A stretch of 45,028 nucleotides of DNA, taken from NCBI GenBank assembly GCA_964508365.1, contig CAZDTP010000031.1:1-45028 (forward strand), in the 5' to 3' direction. Positions 1-10,060 of this stretch are shown here, in pieces. The position numbers and the translations under genes are program-made. Position 1 is the first letter of the stretch. Each line of letters begins with the position of its first letter. Source of the DNA: an uncultured archaeon (GTDB taxonomy: Archaea > Asgardarchaeota > Lokiarchaeia > Sigyniarchaeales > SOKP01). Under the pieces are notes generated by a model that was not told where the DNA came from, ran no database searches, and worked only from the letters and a program-made list of their open reading frames with translations.

Positions 1-66
1 ATTTTTTTTCTTTTTTCTATTTTTAGATAATAGTTGGAAAAACCTTAAAATCATTTTCGATTATTT

Positions 67-1266
67 ATGATAATAAGTTATCAGGAAAAATGGAAATCAA
101 AAATGAACTATCATATCGAAAGTATTGAGCTAACTCCTCTCCATGTTCCATTCAAAGATTATGTAATAAAAGCAATGCAAGAGTCTGATGGGGGTCTTGG
201 TATGGCAATTCCTGCTGAGGAAGCTTGGTTAGGAGGAGATTTTGTAATAATTCAATTAAAAAGCAATAATGGGTGTATTGGATTAGGTGAATCATTTATA
301 TGGTTACCTGAAACAGGAGTATCTCCATATCAGATTATTGATGCAGTTAAAAACGCTTTAGCAAAATATGTCATAGGTGAAAATCCATTTAATATAGGAA
401 AAATAAATTATCGAATGGATGTTAATCTAGCTCGTAATGAAGTAGCGAAAGGACTAATAGATATGGCTTTATATGATCTTATTGGAAATATTAAAGAAAT
501 ACCAGCTTGTTATTTAATGGGTGGAAAAATGACTGAAGAAATCCCATTATCAGCTTTAATTCCAATCGGGAGTCCTATGTTAATGAAAGGATTGGTTCGA
601 TCTTACTATAAAAAAGGATTCCGTTCTTTTAGATTAAAACTTGGAAATGGAATTGAACAGGATAAAGAAGTAGTTCAATCGATTCGAGATGCTTTAGGAA
701 ATGAAATTCATCTGCGTGTAGATTATAATCAGGCTTATACACCTCAAAACGCCATTCGTGCGATAAAAGCATTAGAACCCTATGGTATAGACTTTGCGGA
801 ACAACCTGTAAAAGCATCAGATTATTTAGGTATGGCATATGTTCAAAGCAGAGTAAATGTCCCCTTAATGTCTCACGAAGGATTTTTCTCATTAAATGAT
901 TTTGTTTCATTAGTAGAATTAAAAGCAGTTAGAGTTTTAGGGTTAAATTCTGAGCGCCCAGGAGGCGTAACCAAGGCAATAAAAGCTCTCAACTATGCTA
1001 AAATGCGTGGATTAGGTGTTGTATTACATAATCAACCACTAGGAATAGCATCAGCTATGCACATTCATTTTGCTTCTGCGAAATTTCCTTGGATAGATTA
1101 TGCCACAGAGTTATTTGGACAAGAAATGCTCGTCGACGATCTCATTGCGAAACCGATTGATTACATTAATGGCTACGCAGTTGTTCCAGATGGACCAGGA
1201 TGGGGCGTGAAATTAGATGAAGATGCCATGAATAAATTTGCTACAAGTGATACGATAGTTCTCTAA
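67..1266 (+). CDS. Enolase-superfamily (mandelate racemase/muconate lactonizing enzyme-like) protein; probable start ATG 103
   Basis: N-terminal capping domain (GLGE...ID.AL.DL.G), barrel motifs VDYNQ, EQP, SHEG, and C-terminal VPDGPGWGV, all typical of the MR/MLE subgroup. Confidence 0.9.
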   Translation: MIISYQEKWKSKMNYHIESIELTPLHVPFKDYVIKAMQESDGGLGMAIPAEEAWLGGDFVIIQLKSNNGCIGLGESFIWLPETGVSPYQIIDAVKNALAKYVIGENPFNIGKINYRMDVNLARNEVAKGLIDMALYDLIGNIKEIPACYLMGGKMTEEIPLSALIPIGSPMLMKGLVRSYYKKGFRSFRLKLGNGIEQDKEVVQSIRDALGNEIHLRVDYNQAYTPQNAIRAIKALEPYGIDFAEQPVKASDYLGMAYVQSRVNVPLMSHEGFFSLNDFVSLVELKAVRVLGLNSERPGGVTKAIKALNYAKMRGLGVVLHNQPLGIASAMHIHFASAKFPWIDYATELFGQEMLVDDLIAKPIDYINGYAVVPDGPGWGVKLDEDAMNKFATSDTIVL

Positions 1267-1298
1267 AAAAAAGGTAATAATTTGATAAAAAATGTTTC

Positions 1299-2111
1299 TT
1301 ATATATTTTTTAAGAAATTCTCAATTGCAGCTGTATATTGTTCGGGCGCCTCGTATTGAATCATATGTCCAATTTTTGGAGTTAAGACTGATATTGTAGA
1401 GTTTGGTATCAAGTTATTCATAGATTCTGATTCGGTAGGGAGTATGAATATATCCTTATCACCTGTAAGAATTAGAGTGGGAACATTTATTGATTTTAAC
1501 TTATCTTCCACATTAAAGTTGTTTACAATAGATTCCATTGTTCGGAGTCCCACATATTCTTCGTTTTGGAGCGTTAAATCTACAAATTCTTCAATCAATT
1601 CTGTTTGCTCTTTCCTTGCTTTACGTTGAAAGCACAAACCTACAAAAATATTTTCGATTGTTTCTCTATCTTTAAGGGACATTGCTCCAGATTTCAAATC
1701 TTCGACATATTGAACTAATCCCGGATTATTTAATTTAGGCGCTGTCCCCATTAAGATTAATCCTTCTAATCTTTTAGCCAGTTTTGGATTTGTTGCATAA
1801 ATCAAACTTATCATCCCGCCCATAGAATGTCCTACGAGGATTATTTTCTCTTCGCCAATTATTTTTGATAGCGTCTCGTCAAGAAATTGCGCTAGTTCAT
1901 CCAATTCATACGATTCTGATTCTGGTTTATCGCTCTTCCCATGTCCTAAATGATCAATGGCGATTGCTCGATAATTACTTGAAAAATGATCTATTTGAGC
2001 TTCAAATAGCCATGTCGACCCTAAAAAACCATGGATAAATACAATATTTTTTCCCTTGCCTTTATCTAAATAATGTATTTTATAGCCTTTATCAAGTTCT
2101 ACATACGGCAT
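1299..2111 (-). CDS. Alpha/beta hydrolase
   Basis: HGF oxyanion motif, DHLGHGKS, nucleophile elbow GHSMGG, acid GDKD, and catalytic His in IGHMI. Confidence 0.92.
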   Translation of the reverse strand: MPYVELDKGYKIHYLDKGKGKNIVFIHGFLGSTWLFEAQIDHFSSNYRAIAIDHLGHGKSDKPESESYELDELAQFLDETLSKIIGEEKIILVGHSMGGMISLIYATNPKLAKRLEGLILMGTAPKLNNPGLVQYVEDLKSGAMSLKDRETIENIFVGLCFQRKARKEQTELIEEFVDLTLQNEEYVGLRTMESIVNNFNVEDKLKSINVPTLILTGDKDIFILPTESESMNNLIPNSTISVLTPKIGHMIQYEAPEQYTAAIENFLKNI

Positions 2112-2268
2112 AATTATTGCATTAGATACAATATTATTTATACATTACCTCAAGAACTTTTTCAATATGAGATTTTTTTAAGAGTACACTCATTTTATTT
2201 AATATCTATAAAAAATATATTAGAAAAATAAGTAAAGATAAAGATCATTTTTCATACAAAGAAAGGAG

Positions 2269-3243
2269 TTGAAGACAATTTTTAAAAGCATAAAACATGC
2301 CGTTAAAGTGGTATCTTATGCAGCAAATATAACCCCTATGATGACTAGTCGAACATTAGATTCGATTACGGAAGCGAAAAGAGTGATTATAAAATGTGAG
2401 AATTTTCAGCGGACAGGGTCCTTTAAGTTTAGAGGGGCGTGGAACTGTATAAGTCAAATTCCATTGATCGAAAGAAAAAATGGAATTATAGCACACTCAT
2501 CAGGGAATTTTGCTCAAGCAGTTGCATTAGTAGCTAAAATTTTGCATATGAAAGCAACTATAGTAATGCCTAATAACGCAACACCCTCGAAAATCCAAGC
2601 TACGCAAGGTTATGGAGCAGAAGTTGTTTTATGCGGAAATAATCCCAATGATCGAGCTGAAATGGTAAATGAATTAGTACAACAATATGAGTATAGATTG
2701 GTACATCCTTTCGACGATTATCGTGTCATTTTTGGTGCTGGTACAATTGTTTTTGAATTAATTCGAGTAATAAATAAACTCAATCTATTATTAGTTCCTG
2801 TTGGTGGTGGGGGATTGATTAGTGGGTGCTCAATTGCAGCAAAAGGATTAAATCCTCGAATTAAGGTAATAGGTGTAGAGCCTAAGAATGCTGATGACAC
2901 ATTTCGCTCATTTCAACTAGGGAAAAGGGTACCTGTAGAAAATCCGAACACAATTGCGGATGGTTTAAGAACTTCAGTAGGAGAAAAAACTTTTCCTATA
3001 ATTAAAGAATTTGTAGATGGTATAATTACAGTTACAGAAGAACAAATAATTGATGCTATGAAGTTCTACTGGGAGCGTATGAAACTTATTGTGGAGCCTT
3101 CCGGAGCAGTTCCCCTAGCAGGACTGTTATCTGGTACTATTGAACCTTCTTTAATAAAAGGCAAAAGAATTGGGATAATTATTAGTGGTGGTAATATCGA
3201 TCTATCAGATTTTTTCTCAACTTTGAAACAGGATTATACTTAA
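2269..3243 (+). CDS. PLP-dependent serine/threonine dehydratase (serine racemase-like, no ACT domain)
   Basis: CENFQRTGSFKFRGA PLP-lysine motif, SSGN, PVGGGGLISG, EPSGA and SGGNID. Confidence 0.92.
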   Translation: MKTIFKSIKHAVKVVSYAANITPMMTSRTLDSITEAKRVIIKCENFQRTGSFKFRGAWNCISQIPLIERKNGIIAHSSGNFAQAVALVAKILHMKATIVMPNNATPSKIQATQGYGAEVVLCGNNPNDRAEMVNELVQQYEYRLVHPFDDYRVIFGAGTIVFELIRVINKLNLLLVPVGGGGLISGCSIAAKGLNPRIKVIGVEPKNADDTFRSFQLGKRVPVENPNTIADGLRTSVGEKTFPIIKEFVDGIITVTEEQIIDAMKFYWERMKLIVEPSGAVPLAGLLSGTIEPSLIKGKRIGIIISGGNIDLSDFFSTLKQDYT

Positions 3244-3262
3244 CTGAATTTGATGATAATAG

Positions 3263-4036
3263 ATGGAATGCAAAATTAAAAATACGAGAGTTTACTATGA
3301 AGTTTACGGGGAAGGTTTACCAATTATAAATCTACATGGATTTATGCTCGATCATCGCATACTTAAAGGATGCATGGAACCGATCTTTAATAAAAGGAGC
3401 AAATTCAAACGCATCTACTTCGATCTACCTGGAATGGGAAAAACAAAAGCAGAATCTTGGATTAAAAACTCAGACCATATGCTTGAGTTAAGTATTGAAT
3501 TTATAAAAAAAATAATTCCTAATCAGAGATATTTAATCGTAAGTGAATCTTATGGTAGCTATATTGCTCGAGGCATAATTTATAAGGAGCCTAAATATGT
3601 AGAAGGCGCATTATTTATCTGTCCAGTTATAAAAGCTGAGCAGAATAAACGTTCTTTGCCAAATAATGACAATCCAGTAACCCAACCAAGTATAAAAATG
3701 TTGGATCGATGTAAAAAGGAGATTCAACCTGCACTAGAGATTGCGGATTCTGTTTTCTTAAACGAGTTCAAAGAAGTAGGTTACCCATTCTCTTTTGATG
3801 TAGATGAAAAAATTAAAAAATTTGAAAAACCTTCGCTATTTTTATTAGGAAAGCAAGATTTAGCAGTTGGTTATCGAGATGGGTGGGATGTCATAGAAAA
3901 ATACCCACATGCAACTTATGCTATTTTAGATCTAGCAGGTCATAATCTACAAATAGAACAGGAAGATCTTTTTAATCATTTAGTGAATGAATGGTTAGAT
4001 CGAATTGAATCTTATCTTTCGATTAATGATAACTAA
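3263..4036 (+). CDS. Alpha/beta hydrolase
   Basis: LHGF, DLPGMGKT, variant elbow SESYGS, GKQD and AGHNL. Confidence 0.85.
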   Translation: MECKIKNTRVYYEVYGEGLPIINLHGFMLDHRILKGCMEPIFNKRSKFKRIYFDLPGMGKTKAESWIKNSDHMLELSIEFIKKIIPNQRYLIVSESYGSYIARGIIYKEPKYVEGALFICPVIKAEQNKRSLPNNDNPVTQPSIKMLDRCKKEIQPALEIADSVFLNEFKEVGYPFSFDVDEKIKKFEKPSLFLLGKQDLAVGYRDGWDVIEKYPHATYAILDLAGHNLQIEQEDLFNHLVNEWLDRIESYLSINDN

Positions 4037-4051
4037 GAATAAAAAAAAGGG

Positions 4052-4411
4052 TTAATCATCTATGTTCGGAATGTCTTTAATTCGGCTTAAATCCCCTTCC
4101 AATACTTGAATGAGTAAATCTACAGCGTTATCCCATATTGTTTCCATTATTTTTTCGACTTTTTTGAAATCCTCTTCATTTTTGAATTTGAGCGTGATAG
4201 TCTGTCCATCATTATCAATATCTATCTCCATAGGGATATCTTCCCTTAATCCCCCATACATTTTTAACATTATGATGATTTCTTCAGGTTCGGCAATAAC
4301 ACCATCGATGTTATTTTTTATAGTCATTGAAATCGCTAATTTTAACGCATTTGTCTTTATATCTATCGCTTCCTTTAATATACCTTTTAAACTTGGTAAT
4401 AACTCTTCCAT
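4052..4411 (-). CDS. Hypothetical acidic protein (119 aa)
   Basis: ATG-started ORF 10 bp downstream of and co-oriented with the CocE gene; GGTGA RBS upstream; natural composition. Confidence 0.75.
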   Translation of the reverse strand: MEELLPSLKGILKEAIDIKTNALKLAISMTIKNNIDGVIAEPEEIIIMLKMYGGLREDIPMEIDIDNDGQTITLKFKNEEDFKKVEKIMETIWDNAVDLLIQVLEGDLSRIKDIPNIDD

Positions 4412-4421
4412 TATTTATCAC

Positions 4422-6251
4422 CTACTTATTTTCTTTTTCTATAATTGGAATATCGATATAAGAAGGATTTTTTTTATTTCTTGAAATTGTGATAATCGGT
4501 TTTCCTTCAGATGGATATCGTAAGAATGTATCTTTATCTGCTCCAGCAATAGCAATTTTGATTCTGTGTCCTTTTTTAATAAGAACTGAAGTTACGTGTA
4601 AACCGAACTTAACTTCTGTTATTTCTCCTGGAATAAGAGGCGCAGAATCTTCTTTTTTATAGCTATGATATGGAATTAAGATTTTGTAAGGTGGATCATT
4701 GGACAAGATTTTTCTATGAATCAGTCGAAATTGTCCATCAGTTATGTAAGTTATATTTCCGTTTTCATCTACATCCTCGAAATAGGCAAAAATTGCTCCA
4801 TCTTCGTGTGTTGATGTCAAATGTAGGCATAAAACTATTTGTCCAGTGATTTCAGTATCTTCTTCGAATGGTTGACTAGTGTAGCATAATAATTTTTCGT
4901 CAACTTTAATTCTGTTTTCGTATGTTATTGGAAACCCTAATAATGCCCACCATCGATTATTTCGTCCTGTAGTTGCTCGAAAATTAATGTTATATTTATC
5001 ATCTCCGACATCGTTCTCAGGTTTCTCTCTTGTCAAAGTAAAATTCTCGGAAAAATACCATTTTTGATAACTATGCCCTATTGGAGGCCAATCTTCGGAT
5101 TTTTTCCATTTTTCTTCTACTAATGTATAATAATAGATCATTTTCCCTTGTATTCCATCACTATAAATACATTTTTCAAAGAAATTAATCCAAGCGTTCA
5201 CCTTATCTTTTGGTGTTGGTGTCACTGAAGTTCGATTAGGAAAAAATTGATTTGCCGGTAAAGCTGCTCCGTGATTCCAATCACCCAAAATAGCAATTTG
5301 GGGATTTGACAAATTCATGAATCGATGAATAATCGCATCACAATATCCAGAATCTAACCAAGAACACCACGCTAATATTGGAATATTAGACCTTTCAATT
5401 TCATCCTTTCGAGCAAAGATACTGAAATCATCAAATGAAGAACCATCTGGTAATTGATCGTCTCGAAAATCTTCTTCTATGGTATTATCATAGACATATT
5501 GATTAGAACTATGTTGTTCTAATGCTTTATTCAACATTTGTAAATCTTTATCTGTTCTTACTGGCTTTACACCTTTCACAAATAGCCAAGCTTCTGGCAT
5601 CACCTGTCTAAAGACTTTAGGATTGTTTAAATCTAAATTCTTGCCAAGAAATGACCACAATTGAATAAATGCGTTATCAAAACATCCTCCTGGGAACGCT
5701 ACATCGGTATATGGATCCCAAAATCCATGTCCCGGGATTACGGCTTTTATAGCTTGATGGTTGTTCCTCGCAAATAACTCAGCTGTAGTTCCTGTATAAG
5801 AAATACCTTTAGAAACTACATTTCCGTCTGACCAAGGTTGAGCAATAATCCAATCAACTATATCGTATCCATCTTTAACTTCCTCTTCAGAAAAAGGGGT
5901 AATTCTTGAGCCAAATGACGCTCCAGTCCCTCTAACATCAGTATAAATGAGCGCATAACCTCGACTAGTAACCACCTCTGGATTTGGAGCGTTTGATACC
6001 ATACTATCAAGGATCCATCTAAATGGAATTCTCAATTCCATTGCTCTCCAGTACCTTGTTTGCGTTATTACCGTAGGAATTTTACTATCTGGAGAAAGTC
6101 CTTTTGGGAGACAAATAGTAGCAGCAATTTTAACGCCATCTCTTACTGTTATATAAGTTGAATCAACTGTATATCCATCGGTATATTTTTTTTTTGGAAT
6201 TTCACCCAATTCTTTAAAAGGATTATTTTCTATAGCATTTGGATCTGTCAT
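4422..6251 (-). CDS. CocE/NonD family serine hydrolase (X-Pro dipeptidyl-peptidase/acylase fold)
   Basis: VRDGVKIAA, QTRYW, DVRGTGASFG, nucleophile GISYTG, GDWNH and the C-terminal jelly-roll (ITDGQFR...GHRIKIAI). Confidence 0.93.
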   Translation of the reverse strand: MTDPNAIENNPFKELGEIPKKKYTDGYTVDSTYITVRDGVKIAATICLPKGLSPDSKIPTVITQTRYWRAMELRIPFRWILDSMVSNAPNPEVVTSRGYALIYTDVRGTGASFGSRITPFSEEEVKDGYDIVDWIIAQPWSDGNVVSKGISYTGTTAELFARNNHQAIKAVIPGHGFWDPYTDVAFPGGCFDNAFIQLWSFLGKNLDLNNPKVFRQVMPEAWLFVKGVKPVRTDKDLQMLNKALEQHSSNQYVYDNTIEEDFRDDQLPDGSSFDDFSIFARKDEIERSNIPILAWCSWLDSGYCDAIIHRFMNLSNPQIAILGDWNHGAALPANQFFPNRTSVTPTPKDKVNAWINFFEKCIYSDGIQGKMIYYYTLVEEKWKKSEDWPPIGHSYQKWYFSENFTLTREKPENDVGDDKYNINFRATTGRNNRWWALLGFPITYENRIKVDEKLLCYTSQPFEEDTEITGQIVLCLHLTSTHEDGAIFAYFEDVDENGNITYITDGQFRLIHRKILSNDPPYKILIPYHSYKKEDSAPLIPGEITEVKFGLHVTSVLIKKGHRIKIAIAGADKDTFLRYPSEGKPIITISRNKKNPSYIDIPIIEKENK

Positions 6252-6402
6252 TTTTCTCTTAATATTATTTTTTTCAATTAAATTAAATTAGAGTTTAGAG
6301 TTTTTATAGTTTTTATTAAAGTTATGTGATTTATCTTATTCACATAAAGGTTTATAATATTTGAAAATTTTTCTAAAAAAAAAATAAGATGTTGGGGATA
6401 AA

Positions 6403-7125
6403 ATTATTTTTTATGAAATAGAAAAGCAACAAATTCCGCTTGTTACTACAGGAACATCCCCTTTTTTAGGGGCTGGTCAGTTTGGTGCAAATGCTCGAAT
6501 ATACAGAAGAAAATTTTTGAATAACAAGGACGCAGTTTTAGAAATATTGGAAGCAAGCTATGAGGCTGGAGGGCGCGGGATAGAGTTAATACCCGCTGGA
6601 AAAGTTGGCGAGGCTGCGAAGGTTATGGCAGAAACTCACGATGACTTCATAATAACTGGATCCACCTTTCCAGGACCAGATCCCTTAATTTATGAGTTAG
6701 CCAATCTTGATGCAAAATTAATTTTTGCTCACGGAATGGTTTCGGATAAAAAGGATGAGAATTTAGAAAAACTTATTGATGAGATTGAATCAATGGGAAT
6801 AATACCCGGAATTGCGGCTCATAATCCCGTCTCTACCTTAGAATATGCTTTTGAAAATCTACCTTCTGTGAAAGCTTTTTTAATTCCTTTTAACGCTCAA
6901 GGGATGTTTATGGGCGATCAAACAAAGCTAGAGAAGATCGTAGATAGTCATAAAAATTATAATTTTATTGGGATGAAAACGCTTGCAGCAGGGAATTTAG
7001 ACCCAAATCAAGCTTTCGATTACATTTCACAACACAAAATCTGTTGTGTATCAATTGGTATGGTTACTATTGAGGAGGCAAAGGTTTCCACAGAAATTGC
7101 TTTAAAATTTCTTCAAACATCATAA
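6403..7125 (+). CDS. Conserved archaeal TIM-barrel-like protein; true start is upstream of the tracked TTG at 6517
   Basis: Frame is open from 6388 and encodes GTSPFLGAGQFG before 6517. The C-terminal FLIPFN...IGMKTLAAG resembles aldo-keto-reductase-like barrels. Start position uncertain. Confidence 0.7.
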   Translation: MIFYEIEKQQIPLVTTGTSPFLGAGQFGANARIYRRKFLNNKDAVLEILEASYEAGGRGIELIPAGKVGEAAKVMAETHDDFIITGSTFPGPDPLIYELANLDAKLIFAHGMVSDKKDENLEKLIDEIESMGIIPGIAAHNPVSTLEYAFENLPSVKAFLIPFNAQGMFMGDQTKLEKIVDSHKNYNFIGMKTLAAGNLDPNQAFDYISQHKICCVSIGMVTIEEAKVSTEIALKFLQTS

Positions 7126-7153
7126 ATTAATAAAAAACAAAACAATTTTCTTT

Positions 7154-7885
7154 TTATTCTAATTCCTTACCAAAACTCTTATAGATTAAAAAAGCGGCAA
7201 ATGTGGAAACTGCTGGCATTATCAAAAGATAGAAAGTCCGGTAAATCAGGTTATCAAACAAATTATTATATAAGAATAATGAAAAAACCACGGAGAGTTC
7301 TAGAAATACGCTAATTATAAACATATTAATCCTTCGTTTTAGTATAACTCCTTCAAATACTTTTAAAAGCTTAAATGAAAAATATATTTGGGGTATAATT
7401 AAAAAAGTTAATAAAAAAGTCCAACTGAAAATGAGAAAAAACAAGCTAAAGTTAGGTACCCAGTTTGTACTCGAATCATATATTATCCCATTGAAGTAAA
7501 ATCCTATCCAAAGTACATAAGTTGATAAGATTCCATAAAAAATAACAATTAAACGTAATTTCCAATAAGACGATTTCTCATCAAGTTTTACAATTACCCA
7601 ACTAATAATAATTAAAAAACAATGGCTGAAAAAGAAAAAATATATTCCAAATATATAAAGAAAGTATGAGACGGGAGTATTTATTAAAAAAGTTGAGAGT
7701 GTGGCAAGGAAATACGCAAGAGAAACCAAAATAAAGAAGCTACTCAGAGTAAAAGTTGACTTATTTTTAGCTCGCTTAAGTAATTTATAAGCAAAATATG
7801 CCCCATAAAAAATAGGCCATATTTGAAAAATCGAAACAATAGTTAATCTTAAAATAAATTCATTTTGAAATAACAAGTTATACAC
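7154..7885 (-). CDS. 7-TM integral membrane protein (HisKA_7TM-like sensor module without a cytoplasmic output domain)
   Basis: About seven hydrophobic segments, with a layout resembling the TM parts of the 15942 and 21014 genes. Confidence 0.75.
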   Translation of the reverse strand: MYNLLFQNEFILRLTIVSIFQIWPIFYGAYFAYKLLKRAKNKSTFTLSSFFILVSLAYFLATLSTFLINTPVSYFLYIFGIYFFFFSHCFLIIISWVIVKLDEKSSYWKLRLIVIFYGILSTYVLWIGFYFNGIIYDSSTNWVPNFSLFFLIFSWTFLLTFLIIPQIYFSFKLLKVFEGVILKRRINMFIISVFLELSVVFSLFLYNNLFDNLIYRTFYLLIMPAVSTFAAFLIYKSFGKELE

Positions 7886-7963
7886 AAAAATGTATGATTT
7901 TTTAAATGGTTTAACTTTATTCTAGACCTTCCTTATTTTTATCCTATCAAATCCTCAGCGCTT

Positions 7964-8503
7964 TTATTTTGAAAACATCTCGATTTTTAACATTTCAGCA
8001 CGAAAATATCTCCATATCGTATCAGTTATTTTTTTTTGTATTTTTTTATTTTGAGACTTTGTCGGTATTTCTTCCAACACATTTTTGATTGCCTGAAGAA
8101 TACTTTCGGTATAGGATCTAAATTTCTCCCGAAGTTTTTCTTCTTCTTTAATCTCAATCATGTAATCCTTGGAAAGTTTTTTTATCGAATCATTTAAATT
8201 TGTGATCGTAGGAAGGAATAATTTCTCGTATTCTCTTCGTATATTTTTTTTAACGTAAATTCTCACTGGTCTCTGCTTACCAGGTTTAGTAGAAGTCTTC
8301 TTAAATGCGAATCCCTTTGTACATAGACTTTCTATATAATCATAACCTTTAGTTCTACTCTTATACTTAAATTGCGTGTCGATCGCCGTCTTTATTATAG
8401 GTAACTCTTGCCCCTCGTCTTTTAAAATTATCATTAAAGCCTCGAGCTCTCTCATTGACAGATTTCTTAAACTAAAGCTATCAACACTTTTTTGATTCGA
8501 CAT
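7964..8503 (-). CDS. Putative winged-helix DNA-binding protein with C-terminal helical/coiled-coil region
   Basis: LSMRELEALMII...GYDYIESLCTKGF followed by a beta-hairpin (KKT...VRIYV) fits a wHTH pattern; GGTG RBS. Confidence 0.55.
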   Translation of the reverse strand: MSNQKSVDSFSLRNLSMRELEALMIILKDEGQELPIIKTAIDTQFKYKSRTKGYDYIESLCTKGFAFKKTSTKPGKQRPVRIYVKKNIRREYEKLFLPTITNLNDSIKKLSKDYMIEIKEEEKLREKFRSYTESILQAIKNVLEEIPTKSQNKKIQKKITDTIWRYFRAEMLKIEMFSK

Positions 8504-8519
8504 TTTTCCAACACCAAAT

Positions 8520-8537
8520 TATAAATATATATTTATA
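8520..8537. promoter_or_regulatory. Perfect 18-bp AT-only palindrome TATAAATATATATTTATA just upstream of the wHTH gene
   Basis: Read directly from the sequence; located 17-34 bp upstream of ATG 8503, overlapping the expected TATA region. Confidence 0.4.
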
Positions 8538-8902
8538 TGAAGTTACATAGCGCAAATATTAAATGACCTTAATTGAATATAAATCTATCGTTAAAAATTC
8601 TAACAAATCCAACGCATATAGCTAATTATTCTATAAATACTGAGAACCAAGGTATAGATTTAGAGAATGAAGATATTTTTCTCCGAGATTGAGGACAAAC
8701 TACGGTAATACTGAATTGATTATGGATGAATTTGGCGTACGCTTACTTTATGTCACCAAATTGCGCGTAATTTGCTATATTTCGCGTTATTAGTTGCTGG
8801 ATATGAATTCTTCGGCTTGCTTGCTTGGTATAACTCAGCTTTACTGAAGTGTTGCAGCCAGATGTGAGAATTGAGGGCAAATTAACACCCGAAGAAAATC
8901 TT

Positions 8903-8920
8903 TTCCCCAAAATTGGGGAA
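8903..8920. terminator. Inverted repeat TTCCCCA-AAAT-TGGGGAA, possible hairpin, terminator or operator
   Basis: 7-8 bp perfect stem in a 615-bp intergenic region, about 200 bp downstream of the 9120..9911 gene. Confidence 0.35.
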
Positions 8921-9119
8921 TAACACTTATATTTTCAAAAAACTAATTCTAATTTAATTCTGTGAAACTATATTTATGACAATAATCTAGGGTAGGGCAT
9001 TTAAAGCTTTAAACAATTGTTATATAACTAGTTTAATTAAGAGAGAGTAATGGGAGGGCAAAATTCATTGTTATTTCTCTCTTCTATACCACCTTTAAAA
9101 TAAGATAAGGACTTTTCTC

Positions 9120-9911
9120 CTATTGTTTTTCTTTTTCACTGGTTTTTAATTTATCTTTTAAAAAGCTGATATTTTCTTCAAGTGTTTTCATTATTGGCTC
9201 GTCTGTTAATTCAAGATTATTAAGAATTTCAAATGCTTGCTCAAATTTATTTAAAGCTTTTGGATAATTTCCTTTTCTATAATATACTCCTGGAATATTG
9301 AAAAACTTGAAGGAGAGCATTTGAATTGATGTAATTAAGATCCAAATAATGATAAGGCTCGTTAATATCCATTCAACAATAGGCTGGAAAGAAAAGAATA
9401 ATACAAAAAAAACGATGACAATTGCCATTCCCAGATAAGATAAATATCTCTTAAACTTAGGACCATTGTAGCTTATTAGTGAGCCTCCCATATACATTAA
9501 ATAACTATATAATCCAATGTAAGCTGATGTCCCTGCAAAACTTACAAACGCTACAAAATAGTGGAACGCGAAAAATAAATCAAGATATGACTTATCAGGG
9601 ATTATTCCTACTAGACCTATACAAACACAGCTGAAAATTGATACCCCAGTAGCTAATCTTCTAATGCTTTCCTTGATATTTATTAGTTCTCTTTCGAGTT
9701 GAATAAAAAAGGGGATACCTAAAGATCCAGCAACGACAAATCCTATACTAAATAAGGTTTTTGCCACTCCCTCTCCTAAAGAACTTACCGTATTTAGTAA
9801 TGGACTATAATTTGGAGTTAAAATAGCTGCAGTTAGTATAAAACTTAATGCAATGATAATTCCTAATAATCCAAACATACTTTCCATTTTATGCTCTATT
9901 TTATTTTCCAT
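9120..9911 (-). CDS. DUF998/Frag1-like multi-pass membrane protein with C-terminal TPR-like helix
   Basis: Y.PLLNTVSSLG, C.GLVG..P and H..VA..SF TM pattern; tail YYRKGNYPKALNKFEQAFEI is TPR-like; AGGTGA RBS. Confidence 0.7.
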   Translation of the reverse strand: MENKIEHKMESMFGLLGIIIALSFILTAAILTPNYSPLLNTVSSLGEGVAKTLFSIGFVVAGSLGIPFFIQLERELINIKESIRRLATGVSIFSCVCIGLVGIIPDKSYLDLFFAFHYFVAFVSFAGTSAYIGLYSYLMYMGGSLISYNGPKFKRYLSYLGMAIVIVFFVLFFSFQPIVEWILTSLIIIWILITSIQMLSFKFFNIPGVYYRKGNYPKALNKFEQAFEILNNLELTDEPIMKTLEENISFLKDKLKTSEKEKQ

Positions 9912-10060
9912 TTCAAATCACCTTAAGTACTAAGGTTATACTTTTTTAATAATTTTAAACTTTTTTGAAAAGGTAAAACTTACAAAATTATATATTAGAA
10001 AAAATCTTGATTAGAAATATATAGATTCAAGATTAATTTCATTGATCATTCATTAAAGCA

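Noticed and set aside
629-4484. Tracked ORFs 629..910, 1444..1629, 2718..2900 and 4110..4484
   Set aside because: Antisense shadows of well-supported genes, with no motifs.
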